Below, piece after piece: positions 21,521-33,386 of a DNA stretch of 64,000 nucleotides (within the stretch, counting starts at the first letter, position 1; each line of letters opens with the position of its first letter). Under the pieces are notes generated by a model that did no database searches, had not been told where the DNA came from, and was given only the letters and a program-made list of their open reading frames with translations. Both the position numbers and the translations under genes were made by a program. The stretch lies in assembly GCA_036337435.1 (NCBI GenBank), contig JAYZEG010000058.1:128001-192000 (forward strand). Direction: 5' to 3'. This DNA comes from Myxococcota bacterium. Lineage in GTDB: Bacteria > Myxococcota_A > Bradymonadia > UBA7976 > UBA1532.

Positions 21521-22315
21521 TTAACTTCGGATATCTCGACGTAGATCTTTTCCTATGAGTCGGATGGGCTCACACATTTCCATCAGACGCGAATGGATTC
21601 TTACGCCCACTCGATCGATCAGGTTATCCGACTCACTCCCCTCTGCTTTAGGGAGTACCTCAATTCCATAATTGGTTGTAAACAGTGTGGTTTTCTTAGA
21701 ATTGTAGCGTTTTGTAATCAGTTCATCCAAGACACTTAGTTCCCAGTCTGACCCCCGACCCTTACCGAGTTCATCTATCACCAACAAGGGAACATCAACC
21801 AATGGCTGCATGACGACGTCTGCGTGTCCGCGATCTCCGAAGGTTGCTCGCAAATCAGATAGCAGATGCATAAACTCAATAAATCTGGCTCTAATGCCAC
21901 GACTCAGAATCAGGTATCTCAAAATAGCACATGACAAATAGGTCTTGCCTGTCCCAACCGTACCGTATAGCAAAATGCCCGGGGCACCGGGTTGGTATTC
22001 CCTGACGAACCGCCAAGCCATACGACGGGCATTTGCCATATCAACCGAACCAGAATCTGTCTTAATTTTCGTAAACTCGGCATCATGATATCGGCCTGGA
22101 ATCGATGCCTCATTGTACAATTTCGCTCGTTGACCATAGCGCAGACAGCTGCACTCGATCGCATTTCGATAACCAAATTCATCAGTGTCGTAAATATAGC
22201 CCGAGCCGTCACATGTCGGGCATGGATGCATACACTCACAGACCCGAGAGACCGCAATATGATTGGCTTGATGAACATAAACACCAATTCCATTACATCT
22301 TGGACATTCGGCCAT
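21521..22315 (-). CDS. DnaC/DnaI/IstB-like AAA+ ATPase with N-terminal Cys-rich zinc region (putative helicase loader)
   Basis: CPRC..G...CEC and CPTC..G...CSC, IPGRY, Walker A GTVGTGKT, Walker B LLVIDELG, RYN..KTTLFTTN and RIHSRLMEMC. Confidence 0.88.
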   Translation of the reverse strand: MAECPRCNGIGVYVHQANHIAVSRVCECMHPCPTCDGSGYIYDTDEFGYRNAIECSCLRYGQRAKLYNEASIPGRYHDAEFTKIKTDSGSVDMANARRMAWRFVREYQPGAPGILLYGTVGTGKTYLSCAILRYLILSRGIRARFIEFMHLLSDLRATFGDRGHADVVMQPLVDVPLLVIDELGKGRGSDWELSVLDELITKRYNSKKTTLFTTNYGIEVLPKAEGSESDNLIDRVGVRIHSRLMEMCEPIRLIGKDLRRDIRS

Positions 22316-22975
22316 TTACCAGCCACCTCCCATTCTGATCTCCAGCGCGGGTAATCTCACCAACTTACGGACCGAACGCCTGACAAAAGCTCGCTCCGTC
22401 TCGGTTTGTGTCACAGGATCAAGCCGAGGCATTTGGCTGAGCGTGAGCCGCACATCGCTTTCAATCGAGCGTTTTTGTTCCTCACTCATGCGATCCATAC
22501 ACGCCTCAAGAGTTTGGGTCTCTATTAACTCCAGGCTCGCACCCAAGTCGAGTCCTGTGCCCTTATCGTAATTCCGCTGCAGCTCGACCAAATCTGCCCT
22601 AAGCTTGTTGAACACGGGCAGATAGGGACGTGAATCCGCTGCCAAAAGTAAATCATCGATTTGGGCAAGGAAACCATCAAACCCAGCTGTGACTGACTCA
22701 CAATCAAGGTCTGTAGACAGCTTAGAACCCACCCGGCTATCCCGATAGAGTTGTGCTGCTTTATCAACAGACTTAGAGACGAAAGCCAAACTGCTTACGC
22801 GACGATTCGGCGGTACTTCAAATGCCCGCTTTATGCCCTGAATGACCACATCCTTCGGAATTTGGGCTCGATACCAGCGAGCAACCAGGCTGTGGTCTTT
22901 TGGAGACAGCATCAACCCCCGCCCAGTCGCGCGGATGAATGCTGTCGTAATCGCCTCGAGATAGTCCCGATCCAC
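22316..22975 (-). CDS. Hypothetical protein with DnaD/DBH2-like N-terminal domain
   Basis: Clean 219-aa ORF between gyrB (4 bp gap) and the DnaC-like gene (0 bp gap). The pattern F-x4-GR-x3-LSP-x-D-x5-W...I..A...SL.F resembles the DnaD C-terminal domain. Confidence 0.7.
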   Translation of the reverse strand: MDRDYLEAITTAFIRATGRGLMLSPKDHSLVARWYRAQIPKDVVIQGIKRAFEVPPNRRVSSLAFVSKSVDKAAQLYRDSRVGSKLSTDLDCESVTAGFDGFLAQIDDLLLAADSRPYLPVFNKLRADLVELQRNYDKGTGLDLGASLELIETQTLEACMDRMSEEQKRSIESDVRLTLSQMPRLDPVTQTETERAFVRRSVRKLVRLPALEIRMGGGW

Positions 22976-22979
22976 AACC

Positions 22980-25586
<2,607 letters not shown>

Positions 25587-25611
25587 TTAGGGATACGGGA
25601 CATTGGTCGAA

Positions 25612-25640
25612 ACCATATCATGAGCGCGGGTGCTCAACAA
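25612..25640 (-). promoter_or_regulatory. Putative sigma70-type promoter of gyrB
   Basis: Minus strand TTGTTG-N17-TATGGT with an extended -10 TG, 46 bp upstream of the gyrB ATG. Confidence 0.4.
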
Positions 25641-25759
25641 GGCTTTAGGGGTGTTAAACCGAGGGGTTTGAAGCCGAGTTAAACCGTTGCAAAACCAGGT
25701 TCTCGGTGAGTCGAAATGAGAGCTAAAAAATCAAGCGAATGGGTCTGCTGAGACGCGAT

Positions 25760-26212
25760 TTAAACAGAGGCGACGATCAAGCGTCGGACACGTTCGTCAC
25801 CTTCGCTAAAAGTCTCAACGGTTTCATCGTCCTTTAGCTTGGTATGAATGATCCGACGTTCAGTCGAATTGAGACCCTCAAAAACAGCCCGCCGACCATT
25901 TCGCACAACGGCACGAGCAACATCATCTGCAGCGACTTCCAACAATTCGCGTCGTGCTTCTAATTGTCCATCGACATCGATCACACAATTCAGCCGTTCC
26001 TGACCGACTCTGCTAATTGCTTGGGACGTCAATACGGTCAACGCGGATACCAGTGCTGGACGCGTTTTCAGTACGTGCGTCTCACCAGACACTTCATAAA
26101 TCACTCGGTCATCGGTCTCTTTGACGGTGAGTTCAACGTCAACGTCAAGGTGTTCGAGAACAGCGTTCAAGAAGGCTTGGCCTGCATTTGATGGATTGAG
26201 TTGCTCACCCAT
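25760..26212 (-). CDS. jag: Short Jag/KhpB (EloR)-like RNA-binding protein, degenerate KH plus R3H
   Basis: R3H motif LNSTERRIIH...TFSEGD and IDVDG linker; immediately downstream of yidC; AAAGGT RBS before ATG 26212. Confidence 0.85.
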   Translation of the reverse strand: MGEQLNPSNAGQAFLNAVLEHLDVDVELTVKETDDRVIYEVSGETHVLKTRPALVSALTVLTSQAISRVGQERLNCVIDVDGQLEARRELLEVAADDVARAVVRNGRRAVFEGLNSTERRIIHTKLKDDETVETFSEGDERVRRLIVASV

Positions 26213-26223
26213 GGATATACCTT

Positions 26224-27987
26224 TCACCGTTTAGCGCGTGCCTTCTGAGGCACGACCGCGTCCTGCTGTCTGTATGAATACCACTGCTGCCCAATACCGA
26301 GAACGGTGTTGACGAGAATATATAAGACCAAACCGCTCGGCAGAAACAGCATCATCGCTGTAAACATGATGGGCATGACCCACATGAGAATTTTGGTTTG
26401 AGTCTGGTCACCAGCAGATGGATTGAGCCGAAACTGAATGATCATCAAGAGACCCAAAAGAACCGGTGTGACATAATACGGATCTTGTTGAGACAAATCG
26501 GTCAACCACCCACCAAAGTGAGCTTGGTATAGTTCGACGGCCGAGTAGATCGTTCGGTAGAGAGCGAAATAAATCGGCATCATCATGACCATGGGTAGAC
26601 ACCCAGCCAGGGGATTGACTTGATGCTCTTTATAGAGCTTCATCATCTCCTGCTGCATCCGGACTTTGTCTTCTGAATGTTTCTCCTGCAGCGCCTTCAT
26701 CAACGGTTGGATTTTCTTCATGGCTGCCATTGATTTGTACTGCTTAATGGTGAGTGGCAAGGTCAGCAGCTTGACAAAGATCGTGAGAATGATGATCGCG
26801 ATGCCCCAATTGGGGATGTACTCGAACGAAAACCTCATGAGCCAAAGCATGGGGACGCAGATCACCGAGAAGAAACCAAAATCGATCGCGTCTCCGAGAG
26901 GGGGCTGTTGGACATTGAGTTCCGATAGTTTTTTCGGCCCACCGTAGAACTTAAATTTCCGAACAACGGATGCACCAGCTTGCCCAGCGGCAGCGAGCGC
27001 ACCAGGCTGAAGCTCAATCCGAGTATAAAGCCGAGAAAAGCCAGGTGGCGTCGACGCACCACTTTCGCCTAAGGACGCAGCACACGACTTGATCTCTGCG
27101 TTCTCCACAAGCAGTGCCGTCATGAAGTACCGATTGTCCATCCCGGCCCAACGAACACCATCGCTAAAGCTGTTCAAATGAGGTTCGCCGTCGTTGATAT
27201 GTTCTGCGATATCAGAAACCGGAAGTCGCTCAAAATCTTCGTTGCGCATGCACAGTGAGTTGAACAGGTTGAGCGGTGGCATAAACATACTGGGCTCGGC
27301 CTCTTTGTTGTTTTGGAGAGCACCAAAGGACGCGTTTAGCGCGTATGTTCGTTGCCGATTAGCCAGGTTGATCAACTCAATCTCGACGTCAACCGTGTAG
27401 GAACTCTTGTCGAGAGAGTACCGTTTGATAACCTTCAGTTGACGCTGATTATCCGTCCACTCTAAGGCAGCAACCCCATCGCCTTCGGTTTTCGCGACTT
27501 TGAAATCGCCAACGATGTCACGACCATCGAATTTGAGGTCCATCTTCGGCGGCAAAAAGTGACTTGTCAGACCATCCGTTGCGCCTTGGCGTCTCGCGAA
27601 GGCAAATGGAGCGGGCTTCTGTTCTGGATCGGTTCCACGGACGCCGTACTGTTCTTCCAAGAGTGTCCACCGACTGATCTGACCATCTAAATTAGACAAC
27701 TCAATCTGCTGTACTTTGCCTGCGCTAAGCTGGGCAATGGCTCGATGCTCGATGGGTGGCTGTTGGATTGCCGAAGTCTCTGCCTCTGCGGGGGACGATG
27801 AGGTGCCCGGTTGCGGGTTGGTTGACGGCACAGTTGGCTGGTTTTTTTTCTCCGCCGCCACCTTTTGCTTGGGCATTGTCTTTACCGGCGGAGGCATCAT
27901 CGACTGCCAAACCATGAGCACAAGAACACTCAAAGCGATGGCCATGACCAGATTTTTTTGATCTAAGTTATTGTCCGGACCGTTCAT
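26224..27987 (-). CDS. yidC: Membrane protein insertase YidC
   Basis: N-terminal TM, large periplasmic domain, FYGGPK, NWGIAII, PLAGCLP, GWLTDLS..DP and PSGLVLY. Confidence 0.97.
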   Translation of the reverse strand: MNGPDNNLDQKNLVMAIALSVLVLMVWQSMMPPPVKTMPKQKVAAEKKNQPTVPSTNPQPGTSSSPAEAETSAIQQPPIEHRAIAQLSAGKVQQIELSNLDGQISRWTLLEEQYGVRGTDPEQKPAPFAFARRQGATDGLTSHFLPPKMDLKFDGRDIVGDFKVAKTEGDGVAALEWTDNQRQLKVIKRYSLDKSSYTVDVEIELINLANRQRTYALNASFGALQNNKEAEPSMFMPPLNLFNSLCMRNEDFERLPVSDIAEHINDGEPHLNSFSDGVRWAGMDNRYFMTALLVENAEIKSCAASLGESGASTPPGFSRLYTRIELQPGALAAAGQAGASVVRKFKFYGGPKKLSELNVQQPPLGDAIDFGFFSVICVPMLWLMRFSFEYIPNWGIAIIILTIFVKLLTLPLTIKQYKSMAAMKKIQPLMKALQEKHSEDKVRMQQEMMKLYKEHQVNPLAGCLPMVMMMPIYFALYRTIYSAVELYQAHFGGWLTDLSQQDPYYVTPVLLGLLMIIQFRLNPSAGDQTQTKILMWVMPIMFTAMMLFLPSGLVLYILVNTVLGIGQQWYSYRQQDAVVPQKARAKR

Positions 27988-28204
27988 TATTCGCCTCAAC
28001 AGGGTCATATCCACCGGCATGTAACGGGTGGCATTTACAAACGCGTTTCAGCGTCAGAAAGCTGCCCCGAAAGAATCCGAAGCGTCTGTATGCAGTAATT
28101 GCGTACTGAGAGCAAGTAGGTTGAAAGCGACACGTTGGTGGAGTCAACGGCGAGATGTAGCGCTGATAACAGCGAATCAGCCAAATACAGAACCGACTCA
28201 ACAC
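27968..28204 (-). CDS. yidD: Membrane protein insertion efficiency factor YidD
   Basis: [17 protein letters not shown] and [13 protein letters not shown]. Confidence 0.97.
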   Translation of the reverse strand: MLSRFCIWLIRCYQRYISPLTPPTCRFQPTCSQYAITAYRRFGFFRGSFLTLKRVCKCHPLHAGGYDPVEANNERSGQ

Positions 28205-28590
28205 GATTTGCGTCTCCCAGAACGTGGCCGCTGCTCGAGTTTATTTTTCAGTTTCACTATCGATGACATCAGCTGATCTTTGACCTGTTCGAAACTTGCT
28301 TCCCCGCGACCGTGCCGAGCCACAAAAACGACCTGGATGCCAGTAGGTAGCTCAACTTGATTTCTACGGAACGACTCACGTATCAGCCTCTTTAGGCGAT
28401 TTCGCACGTGTGCTTTACCCACCTTACGACTGACCGTAATGCCAATTTGAAGGGCATTTGGCCTTGCCCCACGAGCATAGACCACGAAATGCTGTGTGAC
28501 GATGCGGTAGCGACTACGCTGAACCGACAGAAACTGCCGCCTCTTTCTGAGACGCGCCGACTTAGGAAACCGCTCGCCGGTGTGAATCAC
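28198..28590 (-). CDS. rnpA: Ribonuclease P protein component
   Basis: FPKSARL and [23 protein letters not shown]. Confidence 0.96.
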   Translation of the reverse strand: MIHTGERFPKSARLRKRRQFLSVQRSRYRIVTQHFVVYARGARPNALQIGITVSRKVGKAHVRNRLKRLIRESFRRNQVELPTGIQVVFVARHGRGEASFEQVKDQLMSSIVKLKNKLEQRPRSGRRKSC

Positions 28591-28739
28591 TTCCGGTACG
28601 TTGACACAGTCAGTCGCTTACGACCCTTTTGACGACGTCGTTTGATCACAGCACGACCACTTTTCGTCTGCATTCGAGCACGAAATCCGTGGGTACGTTT
28701 TCTAGACACATTACTTGGTTGGAATGTTCGCTTCGACAT
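28587..28739 (-). CDS. rpmH: 50S ribosomal protein L34
   Basis: Below the ORF-track cutoff; translated by hand as [50 protein letters not shown]. Its stop overlaps the rnpA GTG. Confidence 0.97.
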   Translation of the reverse strand: MSKRTFQPSNVSRKRTHGFRARMQTKSGRAVIKRRRQKGRKRLTVSTYRK

Positions 28740-28859
28740 CCTAACTGCTCCTTAATTGGAAAAACCGCCCACGCCACCAGGGGACGTAGAGCGCGGCATA
28801 GAAACACATTCGTGTGTAAAATGTCAACATCTGTATGCACAAACATCGGTATGAAATGA

Positions 28860-29280
28860 AGATCGCTCAAAAGCCCAGGAGAGATCGCATAAAAATCAAA
28901 AACCCCATCGCCATGAGACAGCTATACTTCGATTCGGTTATTCACAGATCTTTGTCCAAACCGGGCTCAAGACACAATGTTGAGTCCACCAGATCCATAG
29001 CAAAACAACGGAAAAATAATCGAGTCAAAGCCAACCATCTTGGGATCCATGCACGTCTTGATCGGCGTTTTAGCAGGCAAGTCAAGATTCGGAAGGTGCT
29101 CTGAACCCCCGACTTCATTATGTTTTTTAAAAAGGATCAAAAAGCGGTTGTGACGCGGCTAATCCGCTGTTACTAGATCGGAATGTCGGCGGCGGTCACT
29201 CACCGTCAGGCGACTTTCATTGTAAATCATGGCCGTGTCCAAAGTTATCCACAAAACTGTGGATAACCCTGGGGATAAGT
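28860..29280. promoter_or_regulatory. rpmH-dnaA intergenic region with DnaA boxes (candidate oriC or dnaA autoregulatory region)
   Basis: TTATTCACA 28938-28946, TTATCCACA 29245-29253, TGTGGATAA 29258-29266, TGGGGATAA 29270-29278 (1 mismatch); short AT tract near 29118-29143; eight GATC sites. Confidence 0.7.
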
Positions 29281-29307
29281 GCGACTTGCAGGAGTCGGAG
29301 AGAGACG

Positions 29308-30660
29308 TTGAGCGGAATTTGGTCGGAGGCATTAGCGGTTATTAGGTCGCAAGTGACTCAAGAAAATTACAAGACATATTTTCGTCCGCTCAGGCTGTCC
29401 GAAATGACTGAAAATCACGTTGTGCTGGAAGTCAATGATGACTTTTTTCGCGATTGGATCAAAGACCACTATTACGATCTGCTGACGCGGGCTCTGACCC
29501 AAGCGTCGGGTCAATCATTTACAGTCGAGTTAAAAGTGTCCGAATGCCCCGTCGTTGAAACGACGGCTCCGTTGAGTGACGACCCGAAATCAAAAATCGG
29601 AATCACTCACATCGATTCATGCACTGCACCGCTGGAAGAATTTCCAATCAATCCACATTATACATTCGAAAACTTTGTCATCGGCCCAGCAAACCAAATG
29701 GCTCACGCGGCGTCACGTTCGGTCGCAGCGAGCCCAAGCCACGCCTTCAATCCCTTGTTTATCTACGGCGGCACTGGGTTGGGTAAGACGCATTTACTTC
29801 ACGCCGTCGCTCATCAGATCAGAAAATCAAATCCTCAATCGCGAATTCTTTACATCAGCGCAGAGGAATTCATGAATCAGGTGATTCAGAGCATCAAAAG
29901 CCGCACGATGGCTGCTCTGCGTGAGCGATACCGTCGAACATGCGACATCTTACTGATGGATGATGTTCATGTATTAGCGGGAAAGGAAGCAACCCAAGAA
30001 GAGTTCTTCCATACCTTCAACGCGCTTCATGCTGCACAAAAGCAAATCATCCTGACGAGCGACCAACCGCCCCAGGACATCTCTCGGCTAGAGAAGCGAC
30101 TTCGATCACGATTTCAATGGGGCTTGATTACCGATATTCAACCCCCACAGTTTGAAACACGGGTTGCAATTTTACAGGAAAAGGCGACTCGAGATGGCAT
30201 TGAGTTACCCGCCGATGTTGCATTGTATTTGGCCCGCATTGTTCAGGCCAACGTGAGAGAGCTCGAAGGGGCTCTGACACGTCTGTCTGCATTTGCCAGT
30301 TTCCGAAGAACAAGACTATCCGTGGATTTTGCCAAACAGGTTCTCAAAGGTCTGTTCGATAAGAAAACCAATGTTTTATCCATCGATCAGGTGATCCAAT
30401 TGGTGGCAGACCATTTTCAAGTCAGCGTCAACGACTTGGTCGGTAAGCGGCGGTTTAGAGCGATCGCTCATCCGCGAAGTATCGCCATGTACTTATGCAG
30501 AAAACATGTGCAGGCGTCATTCCCACAACTGGGCCGAGAATTCGGTGGTAAAGACCACAGTACTGTATTAGCTGCATGCCGAAAGATAGAAAACGCGATC
30601 GTGAGTAACGACAAACTGAGATCCGATATCCAATCTCTTGAGCGTCGTCTCGGCAGTTAA
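29308..30660 (+). CDS. dnaA: Chromosomal replication initiator DnaA
   Basis: YTFENFVIG, NPLFIYGGTGLGKTHL, QEEFFHTFN, RLRSRF, NVRELEGAL and GGKDHSTV. Confidence 0.99.
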   Translation: MSGIWSEALAVIRSQVTQENYKTYFRPLRLSEMTENHVVLEVNDDFFRDWIKDHYYDLLTRALTQASGQSFTVELKVSECPVVETTAPLSDDPKSKIGITHIDSCTAPLEEFPINPHYTFENFVIGPANQMAHAASRSVAASPSHAFNPLFIYGGTGLGKTHLLHAVAHQIRKSNPQSRILYISAEEFMNQVIQSIKSRTMAALRERYRRTCDILLMDDVHVLAGKEATQEEFFHTFNALHAAQKQIILTSDQPPQDISRLEKRLRSRFQWGLITDIQPPQFETRVAILQEKATRDGIELPADVALYLARIVQANVRELEGALTRLSAFASFRRTRLSVDFAKQVLKGLFDKKTNVLSIDQVIQLVADHFQVSVNDLVGKRRFRAIAHPRSIAMYLCRKHVQASFPQLGREFGGKDHSTVLAACRKIENAIVSNDKLRSDIQSLERRLGS

Positions 30661-30780
30661 ATATCGATCTGTCGCCGCGGAGTTGTTTATGTCACCAGTC
30701 TCGAGACCCAGAGAACATCGACGTGCAAGAGAGCTCATGAACATCCCAATTCTAACCCCCAGCTGAAGAACCAAGGTCAG

Positions 30781-31614
30781 ATGGTACTTGCGCATTTACT
30801 CATCCTAATCACGGTCTTGAGCTCACCACTTCAATCCACTGAAAAGGATCTCCGGGTGGTGTCGTTGGCACCCTCAAATACAGAACTCATGTTCGCAATT
30901 GGGGCCGAAGACCTCTTGGTCGGCAGAACCTCTCGCTGTAATTATCCAAGTCAGGCAGAGTCGATCACCAATGTCGGCAGTCTTTTTCCTGCAAACTATG
31001 AAAAGATTATCAGCCTGAGACCGGATCTCGTTCTGATGATCGATGGCGACCTTAAGGTCAAGCAGCGTCTGGAAAGTCTGGGCATAAAGATTGTTGTCAT
31101 CCATCCCAAAACAGTTCGAGAGATTGCCAGTTCAATGCGTTTCTTAGGACAGATCACCAATCGGGGAAAACAAGCCGATGACCGCAGCCAATCATTTCTA
31201 AACGCACTAAAGACACTCGATAACAGCCAAACAAGACCGCGAAGAATTCTCTATGAAGTGTGGAACCAACCCCTGATCATTCCGGGACCAAAAACGTTCT
31301 TGGCAGACCTAATTCGGCTCTCTGGAGGACTCCCAATCGGTGGTCAATTATCAGGATCGTGGCCACAAGTGGATTTAGAATGGGCGATGAGTCAAAACCC
31401 TGAGTTCATTCTCGTTCGAAACGCAGAACGAAAAACTTATTTTCTCAATAGTCCAATCTGGAGAGAGACATCGGCCGTAAAGAAAAATCAGGTTTTAGTT
31501 CTTCCCAACGAAGATATTTTTACGAGACCCGGACCGAGGGTACACACAGCGATCAACTGGTTGTCTCACAAGCTCAACACATCTCAGACACAAAAGATGC
31601 GGACCCATGAGTAA
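30781..31614 (+). CDS. Cobalamin/iron-chelate ABC substrate-binding protein (BtuF-like)
   Basis: Signal peptide, RVVSLAPSNTE, GRT..CNYP, EKIISLRPDLV and RPGPR. Confidence 0.85.
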   Translation: MVLAHLLILITVLSSPLQSTEKDLRVVSLAPSNTELMFAIGAEDLLVGRTSRCNYPSQAESITNVGSLFPANYEKIISLRPDLVLMIDGDLKVKQRLESLGIKIVVIHPKTVREIASSMRFLGQITNRGKQADDRSQSFLNALKTLDNSQTRPRRILYEVWNQPLIIPGPKTFLADLIRLSGGLPIGGQLSGSWPQVDLEWAMSQNPEFILVRNAERKTYFLNSPIWRETSAVKKNQVLVLPNEDIFTRPGPRVHTAINWLSHKLNTSQTQKMRTHE

Positions 31615-32635
31615 GTCATCGAAAATCCGGAAGACCAACTCAACAGTCTATATCTCTGGCTTGATGCTGCTGATCCTCGTCGTTTTAGCACTGACCCATC
31701 TAGCCCAGGGAGCCCATCAAATGAGTATGCACGACTTGTGGGCCTGCTTAACGGGTGAGGTCGGTCAGGGTGGTGATAAGACAACGTACACCATTGTGTG
31801 GTCCATCCGGCTTCCGCGTTTACTGACCGCGATCATCGTTGGAAGTAGCCTAGCGGTCTCGGGAGCCGCACTTCAGGGTCTTTTTCGGAATCCCCTCGCG
31901 GATCCTTACGTGCTTGGCATCGCATCGGGGGGTGCCTTCGGGGCTGCTCTAGCAATGCTGCTTTCAACTCAAGTGATTTTCGGAGCGACCACCGGTGCCT
32001 TTCTGGGAGCTGGTATCGCGGGCATGCTGGTCATTGGTTTAGCCAAAGACAGCGCATCTTATAGACTCAATTCGATTTTGCTGGCTGGTGTCGCCGTGGG
32101 TCTCATTTTTTCAGCACTGCTTTCGCTGGTCTTGGTCTTCGCCGAACGGCAAGCCGGCGATATGTTGTCTTGGTTACTAGGCCATGTAGGCCACACAAAT
32201 TGGACACAATTGTCCGTCATGGCGTCCCTGACCTTAATGGGCACAATCGCGATTCAATCCAATGCCAATGCCCTGGATGTTGCCTTGCTCGGTGAAGGCG
32301 CAGCGCAAGGTATCGGTGTTCAATTCTCAAAATTAAAAATAACCGTTCTACTCGCCACATTCATTCTGGTATCGAGCGCGGTTGCCTATTGTGGAATTAT
32401 TGGTTTTGTGGGGCTGGTCGTGCCTCACACCGTGCGTCTCTTGGCGGGACCATCACATAAATATCTCATTGGCCTTTCAGCCATTGGCGGTGCTATTTTG
32501 TTGGTCGCAGCAGATCTAATTGCCCGTCTAATCCTTCCAGAGCGCGAATTGCCCGTCGGCGTAATTACAGCCTTGATTGGAGGACCTTTCTTCCTATTCC
32601 TCCTAAGAAAGGATAACCAATATGCTAGTCGTTGA
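31607..32635 (+). CDS. FecCD/BtuC-family ABC permease
   Basis: IRLPR, QGLFRNPLADPYVLG, GIIGFVGLVVPH and ELPVGVITALIGGPFF. Confidence 0.92.
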   Translation: MSKSSKIRKTNSTVYISGLMLLILVVLALTHLAQGAHQMSMHDLWACLTGEVGQGGDKTTYTIVWSIRLPRLLTAIIVGSSLAVSGAALQGLFRNPLADPYVLGIASGGAFGAALAMLLSTQVIFGATTGAFLGAGIAGMLVIGLAKDSASYRLNSILLAGVAVGLIFSALLSLVLVFAERQAGDMLSWLLGHVGHTNWTQLSVMASLTLMGTIAIQSNANALDVALLGEGAAQGIGVQFSKLKITVLLATFILVSSAVAYCGIIGFVGLVVPHTVRLLAGPSHKYLIGLSAIGGAILLVAADLIARLILPERELPVGVITALIGGPFFLFLLRKDNQYASR

Positions 32636-33386
32636 CGGGCTTCGAACCCAGTATTGTATCGAGGATCCGCTCAGTTTTACTGTCAACCGCGGTGAGATGG
32701 TGGCCATAATTGGCCCGAATGGTGCCGGTAAAACAACGCTGATTAAAGCGATATCTGCCCAAATAAATCTCGAAGCTGGACACGTTTCGATAGCCAACCG
32801 ATTCATCAGCGACCTATCATTTCGCGATCGCGGTCAGATTTTGGCGTTAGTCAATCAGTATGAGTCCAAACCCCAGGGCTTCACTTTAAGACAATTCGTC
32901 GAGATGGGTCGATATGCACACCGTCCAGCCTGGGGTCCACTTTCGGAAAAAGACCGGCACATGGTCGAACTCAGTTTGAGACGCGCTCATGTCTGGCAAT
33001 TGAGCACAAGCCTGATTACGGCTGTGAGTGGTGGAGAATACCAACGCGCTCGGATCGCACGTGCTCTGGCACAAGAGCCACAGCTTCTGATTTTAGACGA
33101 ACCGATGGCGCACTTGGATATTGCGCATCGGCACCAAGTTGCCAAATTGCTCAGACAGCTCAATCGAGACGAGGAACTGACGGTGATCGCTGCTGTGCAT
33201 GATCTCAATCTAGCCGCCTCATATTTCGACCGAGTGATCATGCTGTGTGATGGAACCATATCGGCCGAGGGCACAATCGAGGATGTGATGACAAGCGAAC
33301 GATTGAGCCAAACCTTTGGAGTCCCACTCACTCATGTGGTCCATCCTACGTCAGGTCGCCCCCAGTTTTTGGGTGTAGATTTATGA
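32622..33386 (+). CDS. FecE/BtuD-family ABC ATP-binding protein
   Basis: GPNGAGKTT, SGGEYQR, LDEPMAHLD and HDLNLA. Confidence 0.92.
   Translation: MLVVDGLRTQYCIEDPLSFTVNRGEMVAIIGPNGAGKTTLIKAISAQINLEAGHVSIANRFISDLSFRDRGQILALVNQYESKPQGFTLRQFVEMGRYAHRPAWGPLSEKDRHMVELSLRRAHVWQLSTSLITAVSGGEYQRARIARALAQEPQLLILDEPMAHLDIAHRHQVAKLLRQLNRDEELTVIAAVHDLNLAASYFDRVIMLCDGTISAEGTIEDVMTSERLSQTFGVPLTHVVHPTSGRPQFLGVDL

Noticed and set aside
21521..22315. IS21 IstB or prophage interpretation of the AAA+ ATPase
   Set aside because: No IstA transposase, terminal inverted repeats, integrase or phage genes nearby; it is tightly embedded behind gyrB.
25653..25686. Direct repeat GTTAAACCG twice upstream of the gyrB promoter
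   Set aside because: Only two 9-bp copies; cannot be distinguished from chance without comparative data.
28629..29104. ORFs 28629-28859, 28646-28870 and 28835-29104
   Set aside because: They overlap rpmH or the regulatory region and have no protein-like features.
30661..30780. Possible cobalamin riboswitch or downstream oriC half after dnaA
   Set aside because: No B12-box or other conserved riboswitch elements and no DnaA boxes recognisable; the region is short.
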